The position numbers and the translations under genes were made by a program. Under the pieces are notes generated by a model, which was not told the origin of the DNA, did no database searches, and saw nothing but the letters and a program-made list of their open reading frames with translations. A stretch of DNA of 63,303 nt, filler included. It is 15 parts of 15 records of this genome, joined end to end, with 100 filler letters (N's around TTAATTAATTAA, not from the genome) between each part and the next. Parts side by side here need not be neighbours in the genome. Positions count along the whole stretch, not along the records: positions 24,334 to 28,264 come from SRR7504441_55681; positions 28,365 to 32,151 come from SRR7504441_55696; positions 32,252 to 36,315 come from SRR7504441_55717; 12 more parts are not named here. One strand, 5' to 3'. This document shows, piece after piece, positions 24,810 through 34,943 of the stretch (position 1 is its first letter; every line of letters begins with the position of its first letter).

Positions 24810-25595
24810 TCACAACCAGTCCCGCTCCTTCTCCGCCTTCAGCTTTGCCGCGCGCAGCCCCTCACAGCTCGGGTAGGCGTCTGCACAGGTGACATCGATG
24901 GTGTGGCAGCCTGCCTTATACGCTGAGACCAGCCCGGACTCGCCATCTTCGTACGCGCGGCAATCCTCAGCACGCACCCCGATCCGCCGGGCCGCCTCGA
25001 GGTAGATGTCGGGCGCTGGTTTGCCCTTGGGCACGTCAGCGGCTGTCACGATGAGCTCAGGCGGGAATAGATCGGCAAGGCCCGCGCTGGCCAGATGCGC
25101 CTCCACATGGTCACGAAGCCCACTCGTGGCAACACACACCGGCTGGCCGGTGGCGACGGCGTCGCGGGCGATCTGGGCGACCACGCCGATTGGCGGCGGG
25201 TGGCCCAGCCGCTCCTCGTTGGCGGCGTGGGCGGACTTTTTGGCCCTGAGGAAGCGCTCGGTGAAGCCCTCCGGCGGGTCAGTGCCGTGTGCCGTCTGAT
25301 GCAGCCGCCGGACGATTTCAGGCAGTGGCAGCCCGGCGTAGCCGTAAAACTGATGCTCCGTGATTGAAAGCCCGAAGCTGCCGCACACGTCGGTCCAACT
25401 GTGGAAGAAGAGCGGCATCGTGTCGATCAGCGTGCCATCCACGTCGAACAGATGGCCCTTCACAGCGGAGTCTGCCAGCCGCTTCGGCCCGATCGAGCGC
25501 ATGCCCGGCGCCAGCGCGGCTGCGCGTGCCGCGCGGCCCGTCACCCGGCGTAGCGCTAGCACAAAACCGGCGGCAGCGACGTAGATCCTCCACAT
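24810..25595 (-). CDS. HAD-superfamily phosphatase (CbbY/beta-PGM-like), intronless
   Basis: FDVDGTLIDT (motif I), VATSG (II), KGKPAPDIYL (III), YEDGESG (IV). Confidence 0.93.
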   Translation of the reverse strand: MWRIYVAAAGFVLALRRVTGRAARAAALAPGMRSIGPKRLADSAVKGHLFDVDGTLIDTMPLFFHSWTDVCGSFGLSITEHQFYGYAGLPLPEIVRRLHQTAHGTDPPEGFTERFLRAKKSAHAANEERLGHPPPIGVVAQIARDAVATGQPVCVATSGLRDHVEAHLASAGLADLFPPELIVTAADVPKGKPAPDIYLEAARRIGVRAEDCRAYEDGESGLVSAYKAGCHTIDVTCADAYPSCEGLRAAKLKAEKERDWL

Positions 25596-25880
25596 TTGGT
25601 GCCTGGCTTCCCGGGCGATTTGATTTGGTCGAAGACGATTTTCCCGATTAAATTTTGCGTTCCTGCAAGCCATCAGAGCAGACTTGTAAGTCCGTAAGTC
25701 TGTGTCCTGGTGTTCCTCGCCATCCGATGATGAGGGCCCAGTCTTATTATACTACTCGTACAAACATGGACATTCAGACCTTGCGTAAGTAGACTTTCAA
25801 TGCAACTGAATAATTATATACGCCTCGTCGAGCAATGGGGGCGTGGCTCAACTAGCCCTAACTAAAGCTAGTTACACTCC

Positions 25881-28083
25881 TTACAGCACGTACCGAGACA
25901 TGTCAATCTTCTGCACCACATCGCCTAGCCTGCCGCGAACAAACTCGGCATCGAGCACTATCTTCTGGCCCCGCAGCTCGTCGGCCCGAAACTTGAGATC
26001 CTCCATCACTTTAGACAATATCGTCCGCAGCCTACGCGCCCCGATATTCTCCATCTTCAAATTGGCCTCCGAGGCGGCGTCTGCGATTGCCTTGGCGCCG
26101 CACTCTGTGAACTCCAATTCGACGCCTTCGGTGGCAAGCAGCGCCGTCTGTTGTTCGAGCAAGTTGTGCTTCGTCTGAGTGACCTGCCCGTCGGTTCAAC
26201 AGCCACTGTCATTAATTAATTATTACAAGTAAATCATTATTATTGTGCGAGTCTCACGATCCGAAGCAGATCCTTGGAGTTGAGTGGCTGGAGCAAAACC
26301 CGCACCTGCCACCAGCTCAGCGGGTAAGAGCTACGAATAAACAGCACCGCCAGTCGGCCTTGGAGCTCCGGCAACAGATCCGATGGTTTCGCCTGCCCCA
26401 GGCTGTTATATATTATTATCATTTTATTAATTGCCCAGGCTCTGAATGCGCACCTGGTGGAAAGCTCCCGCTGCTATGAACAGAACATGCTCGGTGTTGA
26501 CCATCCCATGCTTGGTCTTGACCAACGTACCTGCCCGAATCAACCGACAATAACGGACAAACCACCTTCCAACAGCCCGAGCAGCTCTTTTTGCACTCCG
26601 TCGCCTTTAGCCCAATTGGCACGGGCGTCCGCTTTGGCTCCGGCTAGTTTATCAATCTCGTCAACGAATATGATCCCGTCCTGCTCAGCGTTGGTTAGCG
26701 CACGGGCCACAATCCTGTCCATGTCCAGCAGAGAGTCGACCATTTCTTGCTGGAGCAACGGAAACCAGTCCTTGATAGTCAGCTGCTTGGGAGACCGGTC
26801 AAGCCCCTGCCGTTACTCAGCCGTTGACCCAACGGCAGCCGTCCACACCTGCATCGAGCTCATCATCGCCTTAATGCTCTCGTGCATCTCAGCCACGTCT
26901 GCAGGTGGAATCAGTTACCCCCCCCCACCCCGCACAGAGGAGCACCGTCCATACCGCCCGCCCCTGAGAGCACCGGCGTCTTCGCCGGCTGCACGCGCAC
27001 CGTCACCTGCTTTCCGTGAGGCAATATGTCGGTTGGGATCAGTTACCTCCACTGCGTCCAACTTGCCTTCGCGCAGCTGTGCCAGCACCGACTCGCGCTC
27101 GGCTCGCTCATCCGCACCAGACACTTCAGCCGCACTCGCCGCCGGCTCACTCGCCGGCCCCGCCACCTGCCCGCACTCAATTTCCGTTAATTTCCGTTGG
27201 AGTCCGTTACCTCGCGCACCATCCGCCAGAATCCGTCGGGGTTCAGCCCCGGGAAGAGCACTCCGAGCTGGTTTTGGAGTTGACCCATCGCCGCCTCGAT
27301 CTGGGCCGGCGGCATGCTCCGGAGCAGCCCGAGCCCCTGCCGTTGGACTCAACCGACGCCAATCCGAACGGCTGGCCTGCTTGAGCTGGTCGAGGTTGAG
27401 GCTGTGCCCATGTGGCGCGTATTGATCAAACTGCTTGTGAAGCCTCTCGAGGTCGTTATCCGTCAACCTCTCCGCCAGCCGCTGCAGCTCGGCCGCGCTG
27501 GGCGGGCCGCTCTCCGTCGGGCTCTCAATGTCCGTTGGTATGTCCGTTGGCTTCCGTTGGCTCTCGAGCAGCTTGTCCACCACCCGCTGCTCGGCCATCT
27601 CGCGCGCCTGCCGTTAACGGTCAGAGAGTCCGTTAAAGTCCGTTGGGCTGCCTGGGACTGGACCGCCGCCTCGGCCGCCCGCAGCTCCATCGCCACCGCC
27701 TCGTCCGCCAAGTCCTTAACCATCAGCTCCGGCGACGACCCGACGATCCCGATCTCGGTGAACCTCGTCGCCTCGCAACGGACAAACGGGGCCCCGACGA
27801 TCTTGGAGAGCCGCCGGGCGCACTCGGTCTTGCCCGAGCCGGTCGGCCCGGACATGAGGATGTTGTTGGGGAAGACCTCGGCCCGCAGCTCGTCGGCCGG
27901 GATCTGCTTCCGGCGCCACCGGTCCCTGAGCGCCACCGCCAGCGCGCGCTTGGCCTGATCCTGCCCGACGATGTGCCGGTCCAGAGCTGAGACGATCTCC
28001 CCGCAGCTCACCGTCCCGGCCGCCCGACGGCCCCCGGCCGCCCGCCGGCCCGCGCACAAGCCTCGACCCAGCAGCGCGAGCAT
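25881..28083 (-). CDS. hslU: ATP-dependent protease ATPase subunit HslU/ClpY, organelle-targeted; 10 introns
   Basis: [89 protein letters not shown]-terminal DMSRYVL. Introns at 27608-27651, 27337-27376, 27167-27210, 27007-27046, 26899-26945, 26807-26848, 26531-26565, 26393-26453, 26306-26347 and 26184-26257. Confidence 0.95.
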
Positions 28084-28603
28084 TTTCTTCCGTTAGAAGT
28101 GCCGCAGCGGGCCGCGGGCGCGGCGCCGGCGGGGACGCGGAGGACGACGCCGGTGTCGCACAGACGGAGCACGGCGAGCCGCAGCCGCGGTGGGTGCTCC
28201 TCGGCCGCGGCAAGACGACCTGCGCGGGTACCGGAGTCCGTGCGGAATGAGCCGGTACTCGGACNNNNNNNNNNNNNNNNNNNNNNNNNNNNNNNNNNNN
28301 NNNNNNNNTTAATTAATTAANNNNNNNNNNNNNNNNNNNNNNNNNNNNNNNNNNNNNNNNNNNNGGGGAGGGGGGCAAGAGCTCGCGCCAAAGTGGCCTT
28401 AATTTAAGTAGTGGTGCGTTCAACTTAGTAATCCGAGGGCGTATAAAGTGCAAAGTTTAATAGAGCTTGGCCGTCTGAATAGGTTTCGGATGCTAGGACC
28501 GTCCAACTTTCGAGCAAAGAGGATCGGCTCATAGTTTCAAATGAGGATTGTATATGCGCACAGTAACTCTGAGTCCGCGCCTCAAGACAGAGGAAGGGCG
28601 GGC

Positions 28604-29329
28604 TCAGTTGGCCTCGGCAATCTCCGGCGCCGGCTCCTGTGCACCGCTGGCTTTGTTGGCAGCGCGTGCTTGTTCCTTAACTCTTGCTCGGATTCTCTCG
28701 ATCATCTGCTGCTTCACGATGCAATCCTTGTACTCCAGCCCCATCTCAATCGCGATAGCCTCCACCTCCTTGACGCTCATGGCTTTCAGTTCGTTCACCG
28801 CCTCCATCTCGCGAGTCTGCTCCTCGGACGGGTACTTCCACTGCCTCGTACCGTCCTCGTGCTCATAGTACCACACCCCCGGCTTCCGCGTCGTCTTGTC
28901 CCCCTTATGCCGGCACCACCCGCGCGGGAGCGCCCGCGCCATCTCCGCCTCGTCCCGCCTGGCGGTGAGCGCCTTCTCCGTGATCACGGCCTGCCGGCCG
29001 AGTGCTATGTAGGCGGCCTCCTTGTCACGATCCCGGATATGCTCGTTGGTGGTGACCTTGAGCTTGGGCAGCGGCTGGTCCTGGTTGATGATCGCGTGCA
29101 GCGTGGATCCGTGCACCATCCCGCAATCCTCCAGCGTGGCGTGCATCTCCCGCAGGCTGGCCTCGGGGAACTCGTCCGGGTAGAGCTTTCTATTGAAGAC
29201 GAACCGCTCGAGCTCGCGCTCCTCCTTTTGGAAGAACATCTCGGCCAGCTCGGCCACTGTGGTCTCGAACTTGACCTCGAAGCTGGTCGACCCCAGCCAG
29301 AGGTAGCCAGACTCGATCAGCACCCGCAT
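28604..29329 (-). CDS. Protein with ubiquitin-like N-terminus, WW domain and SAP/HeH-like C-terminal motif
   Basis: TLEDCGMVHGSTLHAII (Ubl end), LPRGW...WYYEHEDGTRQWKYP (WW), LKAMSVKEVEAIAIEMGLEYKDCIVKQQMIERI (SAP-like). ATG at 29329. Confidence 0.7.
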   Translation of the reverse strand: MRVLIESGYLWLGSTSFEVKFETTVAELAEMFFQKEERELERFVFNRKLYPDEFPEASLREMHATLEDCGMVHGSTLHAIINQDQPLPKLKVTTNEHIRDRDKEAAYIALGRQAVITEKALTARRDEAEMARALPRGWCRHKGDKTTRKPGVWYYEHEDGTRQWKYPSEEQTREMEAVNELKAMSVKEVEAIAIEMGLEYKDCIVKQQMIERIRARVKEQARAANKASGAQEPAPEIAEAN

Positions 29330-29357
29330 TCCGTTAACTCTTCGCAACAACGATACG

Positions 29358-31167
29358 ATGCAGTCGATGCTTCTGCTCCTCCTCCTCGTGGCCGAGGCGG
29401 CCCCTGCGGCCAGCAAGCCGCCGCACATCGTCCTGACCGTGGTGGACGACCTGGGCTGGAACGACGTCGGCTGGCACAATCAGCCCGGCACCGCGCACGA
29501 TGTGCGCACCCCCAGGCTGGACGCGCTGCACAAGCAGTCGGTATCGCTGGACAACTACTATGTCTACCGGTTCTGCTCGCCTTCGCGCTCGACCTTCATG
29601 ACAGGCCGCTATCCTTGGCACATCGGACAGCACACGCACCTCAACCTCAACCCGACGCCGGGGATCGCCTGCGGAATCAACCCGGCGTTTAGCTTCCTGC
29701 CGGCCGTGCTCCGGAAGGCTGGGTACACCAGCTGGGCGCTCGGCAAGTGGCATCTGGGCTTCCAGTCTAACAAGTACACGGTCAGTAGCTCCCGGCCCGG
29801 CGCGCACTGAGCTGGGGGGCAGCCCACCTACCGGGGGTTCGATCACTATCTCGGGTACTACAGCGGGGCTGAAGAGCACTTCACGCACGAGAAGGCCGGG
29901 GTCGGCTACACGGCGTACGATCTGGCCAACAACAGCGGCAGCGACGTAAGGCCTTGTGTTCGGCCAGTCGGGAACGGCTCTAGTACGTACTCCTCTTATC
30001 TTTACGGGAATGAGACGCTGCGGCTTCTGGCCGGTCACGACCCCGACACGCCACTGTTCATTTACCTGGCCTGGAATAATGTGCACGACCCGAACGAGGC
30101 GCCGCAGAGCTACGTGGACGCCAACTCGCACATCCGTGACCAAGGCAGACGGAAGCTGGCGGCAATGATGTCAGCACTCGACGATCAACTGACAGACGTA
30201 CTCGATGCCTTCAAGGCCAAGGGCATGTGGAACGATACGCTCGTTGTGTTCACTACTGATAAGTGACCCGCCCGGCTAGTGGCCGGCCGACCGTGGGACA
30301 GCGGCGGCAACTTGGGCGGGTCCGGCAATAATCTTCCTCTACGTGGTCCGTTGCCCTACCCTAACCCTTGGCCAACTGGCCCGGACTGACTGTGTGCTGC
30401 CAGGTGGCAAGTACACCTTCTGGCAGGGCGGGGTGCGGGCGACTGGCTGGGTGGGCGGCGGGTACCTGCCTGAGTCGGTCCGTGGTACCAGCTGGTCAGG
30501 CGCAGTGCACGCAGCCGACTGGTACGCCACGTTCGCTGCACTCGCTGGAGCCCCAACATCCGACAGCGGGCCTGTCCCGGTGGACGGCGTCAATATCTGG
30601 CCCGGGCTTTCGAAGCTCGGTGCCAGCCCGCGGTCCGAGGTGGTCTTACAAATTGAATCGACCAACTCTTCCGGGACAACAGATCCTGTCCCGTCGCCGC
30701 CGGAGTCGTACTGCCGGAGCTCCCCGGCGGAGGCGCCACACTGCGACCCTCCACTCGCGGCCGGCCGACTGGGCAACTCGAGCCAGCTGGCGCTGGGCGT
30801 GCTGGTTCAAGGCGACTGGAAGCTAATTGCAGGCTACCCAGGCTGGCAGAACCAGCAATGGAACGGCTGGCCGTCACTGCCTGCTTTGGACTCGCCGACC
30901 GGACCAGGCCCAGCCGCAGAGTGCTCGAAGCATGCGTGCCTGTTCAACATCGCCAAAGACCCAACGGAGCACCATGATGTGGCCAACGAGCACCCGGAGC
31001 TGGTGCGCACGATGACAGCTCGGGTGATGCAGCTGCTCAAAAGAGAAGTTCCGCTCACCGCGTCCGGACTCTGCCCTACCCGGTACGGGTCCAGGCCCGA
31101 CCCGCGCTGCTCGGCCAAGGCGAGGGCAACCGGATTCTGGCAGCCGTGGCTGGAGGACACGGAGTAG
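29358..31167 (+). CDS. Secreted arylsulfatase (ARSB-like, family S1)
   Basis: Signal peptide; VVDDLGWNDVGWH, FCSPSRSTFMTGRYP (CxPxR), GKWHLG, TTDNGG, NLPLRGGKYTFWQGGVR. Introns 29781-29822, 30263-30301 and 30346-30403. Confidence 0.95.
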
Positions 31168-31200
31168 TAACTGCAGATGCTGCCTCATCGTATCTGGGCT

Positions 31201-31280
31201 TGGTGGTTTAGTGGGGTTCGAACCAGGGCCTTTACGATGGGAGTCACGGTGACCACCAATACCTACATGTAACCCAAACC
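31201..31280 (-). pseudogene. Degenerate tRNA-like element (possible Gly-CCC pseudo-tRNA or SINE head)
   Basis: Reverse complement: GGTTTGG...CTAAACC 7-bp acceptor stem followed by ACCA, GGT/ACC D-stem, CTCCCAT loop, GGTTCGAACC B-box. Anticodon and T stems are imperfect. Confidence 0.4.
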
Positions 31281-31591
31281 TAATGCCAAACCCAATGACT
31301 CCGGATAACTCATTGCAACTTGGTTAATTTTATCGAGGAGCTACATACTAGCTACATACATGGCTATATGATGCATTCTAGTTCAAACAGTTAACTGTGA
31401 GAAGAACATACTTACTGCAAAATGATAACCGATAGATATATAACTGATTGTTATAAGAGCTTGGTTAACCAATAAACTGCTAATTACACTAAGCAACGAA
31501 CTGACTAACTAACTGGCTAACTACAACTTGGCCGGGTTATTGCAGCATTACTAATCTCCTTCATACCTCAAGTTCTTTGGGCAGACGACGC

Positions 31592-31699
31592 GACCACTAT
31601 CTCGGGTACTACAGCTATACTACAGCGGGGCTAAATGCTAAAGGGCACTTCACGCACGAGAAGGCCGGGGTTAGGCCGGGGTCGGCTACACGGCGTACG
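31592..31699 (+). pseudogene. Duplicated ~80-nt fragment of the neighbouring sulfatase exon with internal micro-duplications
   Basis: Matches 29841-29919 (cactatctcgggtactacagc...cacttcacgcacgagaaggccggggtcggctacacggcgtacg). Confidence 0.9.
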
Positions 31700-31755
31700 G
31701 ATGACCGTCAGTTGCGTAGCAACCCAAGCGCGTATCTTGGGAGCTCGCATTTCCC

Positions 31756-32151
31756 CTATCTTGAGTTCCTTCCATCACTGAGTCCCTCAATTTTCCGGAA
31801 CTCCTCAAGGCGGTCGGCGAACCCTAGTTTCTTCAGCTTTTTGTAGACATCTTTTTTGTCGCCGGTTTTGTACAGCTTTTGGACCATTTTGTTCAAGTCT
31901 TTTGGCTTCATGCTTTTCTCAAGTGAGGCATAGGTTTGTTCCGCTTGATCAGGTGTCAAGCGCAACACTTTCTCAACCACTGTCTTTGACCAGGTGTCAA
32001 GCGGTATTTTTTTCTTGCCAGCTGCCACTTTCTGCGCTTCACCGTAACTCAGGTGGAATTCGCTCGCTAATTCGAACGCCTTGCTGTCCTGAAAGCTCAA
32101 TTTTCCGTTACGTTTGTCCTGTAGTTGCCTCAGCGTAGCAGTGGCCTTCTG
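31756..32151 (-). CDS. 3' part of a Lys-rich hypothetical protein (contig-truncated)
   Basis: Open frame from the contig end (QKATATLRQLQDKRNGKLSFQD...) to a stop at 31756; lower GC than neighbouring genes; no introns. Confidence 0.55.
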   Translation of the reverse strand, partial: QKATATLRQLQDKRNGKLSFQDSKAFELASEFHLSYGEAQKVAAGKKKIPLDTWSKTVVEKVLRLTPDQAEQTYASLEKSMKPKDLNKMVQKLYKTGDKKDVYKKLKKLGFADRLEEFRKIEGLSDGRNSR

Positions 32152-32312
32152 NNNNNNNNNNNNNNNNNNNNNNNNNNNNNNNNNNNNNNNNNNNNTTAAT
32201 TAATTAANNNNNNNNNNNNNNNNNNNNNNNNNNNNNNNNNNNNNNNNNNNNTATTATCAACCTTGATCTTAGAACCGGCGTGCGCCGGAAGACGATCCAG
32301 GTTGAACTCACC

Positions 32313-33398
32313 TTAATTCAGCCCAGCATGGGCTTTCTTCAGCGCGACCAGGAACTGCTCGTTCTCGGCCGGAGTGCCCACAGTCACGCGCAGGCACCCA
32401 TCGCAGTGCAGGCAGTTCCCTCTGTACCGCACCACCACCCCGCCATCAGCCATAGTCTTGTACAGCTCCTCGGCCCGATCCACTTCAAACATCAAAAAGT
32501 TGGTGTCCGACGGCAGCACCCGCTTCACTATCCCGCCCAGTCCCTCCAGAGCGGCCCGTAGCTTTTCTTTTTCCTCGAGCACTAGTTGGATGTTCTGCTG
32601 GAAAGTCTCCAGGTGATCAAAGGCCTCGAGCGCGACCTTTGAAGTGAGCTTGTTGAGATTGTACGGGGCCTTGACCTTGTTCATGATCGCAATCATCTCG
32701 GCGTCCCCCAGCGCGAACCCGCAACGGATTCCCGCCAGCCCAAACGCCTTGCTCATGGTCTGGAGCACCACCATTTGGGGGTACTGGCTGACCAGGCGGG
32801 ACATGCTGGCCTCCGGCCCTGCGAAGTCTACGTAGGCCTCGTCCACCACCAGCATGCCCCGGTAGCCGCTGTCCAGGATCCGGATCAGGTGCTCTTTGCT
32901 CAGCTGGACACAGGTCGGATTGCCGGGCGAGCAGGCGAAGAGCAGCTTGATCGCTGGGTCCTCCGCCACCGCGGACAGCACCTTGTCGATGTCCAGCTGG
33001 AACTCGGAGGTGAGCGGCACATCGACCACCTGCACGTCGTTGGTGTCGGCCGAGACTGAATACATTCCGTAGGTGGGCGAGCAGACCATCAGCTTGTCCT
33101 GCCCTGGGGTACAGAAGATCCGGATGAGCATGTCGATCGCCTCGTCGCTGCCCACCCCCACAAACACCTGCTCCCGCTCCACCCCGCGCAGCTCGGCCAC
33201 CCGCCCCCGCAGCTCCCACTGGTACGGGCACGGGTACCGCTCCATCCCCTGCTGCCCGGCCATCGGCGGCCCAAAGCTGTTCTCGTTGGCGTCGAGCAGC
33301 ACCCCGTCCGCGTAGTCGTCGCGCGCGCACCGGTACGGCTTGAGCCGCCAAATGTTGGGCCGGACCAGCCCCTCGAGAGAGAACAACCCGGACGCCAT
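32313..33398 (-). CDS. hisC: Histidinol-phosphate aminotransferase, intronless
   Basis: LVRPNIWRLKPYRCARDDY, LLDANEN, GVGSDEAID, CSPGNPT, VVDEAYVDF, QTMSKAFGLAGIRCG (PLP lysine), LRVTVGT. Confidence 0.96.
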   Translation of the reverse strand: MASGLFSLEGLVRPNIWRLKPYRCARDDYADGVLLDANENSFGPPMAGQQGMERYPCPYQWELRGRVAELRGVEREQVFVGVGSDEAIDMLIRIFCTPGQDKLMVCSPTYGMYSVSADTNDVQVVDVPLTSEFQLDIDKVLSAVAEDPAIKLLFACSPGNPTCVQLSKEHLIRILDSGYRGMLVVDEAYVDFAGPEASMSRLVSQYPQMVVLQTMSKAFGLAGIRCGFALGDAEMIAIMNKVKAPYNLNKLTSKVALEAFDHLETFQQNIQLVLEEKEKLRAALEGLGGIVKRVLPSDTNFLMFEVDRAEELYKTMADGGVVVRYRGNCLHCDGCLRVTVGTPAENEQFLVALKKAHAGLN

Positions 33399-33611
33399 GC
33401 AGCTTCCGTTGCTGAGTGAGACTTGCGGGTCGTCTCGAGCGGCGGGAACCACATCGCGTAAGGTGGTCCGCCCCGCCCTGGGCTCCCCGTCGCTGCTGGC
33501 CTGTTCGGCGGCCGCAGCCCTAGCCCGCGCCTTGCCTCGAGCTGCCAGCCCCGCACCAGCCCGGCCGCGCGGGCTTCTGACCGCAGCCTGGCAGTTTGGC
33601 TCGCTCGACAG

Positions 33612-34699
33612 ATGGCGGCAGCGATTGTGGACGGATTGACTAAGTTCGCCAAGCTATCGTTCGGGGCCGGGGTGGGGGTCGGTCTGTTCCAGGCCTGCAT
33701 CTTCGACGGTGCCCCGGCCGCCCCACGGCTGGCTGAGCCCTGGGCGCAGTGGACGCGGGGCACCGGGCGGTGGTGTACAATCTTTTCAACGGGGTGGAGG
33801 ACCGCGTGCGCGGGGAGGGCACGCACCTGCGGATCCCATACGTGCACCAGCCGTACTTGTACGATGTCCGGCTCCAGCCGCACCAGGTGGCGTCGACCAC
33901 CGGGACCAAAGGTGGATCGAAGGCTGGTTCGCCGGCTCGAGCCTGGGGACAGATCTGCAGCAAGTCAACCTGACAGTCCGGACCCTGATCAGGCCGAATG
34001 AGAAAGAGCTCCCGACTGTCTACCGTAACCTCGGCCTAGACTATGCTGGGCGTGTGCTGCCGAATATTGTGAACGAGGTGGTGAAGGCCGTGATGGTGCG
34101 ACCTGGCTCGTCGTCCGGGCGAGCGGCCGGGTGGCAGGCGCGGTACGATGCGGCCAACCTGTTGATCCAGCGGGACCAAGTCTCCCGGGAGATCCGGGTC
34201 GGGATCGAGGACAGGGCGATGGACTTCCACCTAGAGATCTCCGACCTCGCGATTGTGAGCGTCGCACGAGTCGCACACTGGCTGACCGGCCGGCCGCAGA
34301 CTCACCTGACCTTCGGGAAGGAGTTCGAGCGCGCGATTGAGCAGAAGCAAGTCGGTGCGCGGTCGGGGCTGGGCTCTGGAGCTGAGGCTTGTTGGTGCAG
34401 CCCAGCAGGAGGCTGAGCGGGCCAAGTTCCTTGTGGAGAAGACGGAGCAGGAGAAGCAGGCCGCGGTGATTCGGGCCGAGGGCGAGGCCGAGGCGGCCAA
34501 TATCATCTCGGCGTGTCTGAAGGAGAGTGGCAGGTTTGTCTGGGCTGGGTGGGCTTGCGTGACCTGTCGGGGGGGCAGCGGTGGGATTGAGGTGCGGCGT
34601 ATTGACGCGGCCAAGGACATTGCCGACACGCTGGCTCGGTCCAGGAACATCACCTACCTTCCTAGCCAGCAGAACTTGCTGATCGGGCTAAACAAATGA
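33612..34699 (+). CDS. PHB: Prohibitin (SPFH/band 7), six GT-AG introns of 41-46 nt
   Basis: Spliced product: IFDVDAGHRAVVYN...[71 protein letters not shown]. Confidence 0.95.
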
Positions 34700-34943
34700 G
34701 TTAGTTGATGTAATACTTCAGTTTAGAGAGGCAATACCTGCCTTTTTAATTAATACAAGTGGCCTGTTGATTTGTTTAGAACTCATGAGGTCGATTGCGC
34801 ATGTACATTGATCCTAGCCTCGTGCCGCTGTGCGCTGTTCACGCGTTGTTCAGCAGGCTATGACGTTCTAACGGTTCAAACGGAATACAGGCACCGCCAC
34901 CAGTGGTCCTCGACGCTGGTAGCCGTGCTCGTGGTCGTACAGC

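Noticed and set aside
32104-32110. TCCGTTA near the called start of ORF 31756-32100 as another promoter motif
   Set aside because: The frame stays open to the contig end, so the site is probably inside coding sequence.
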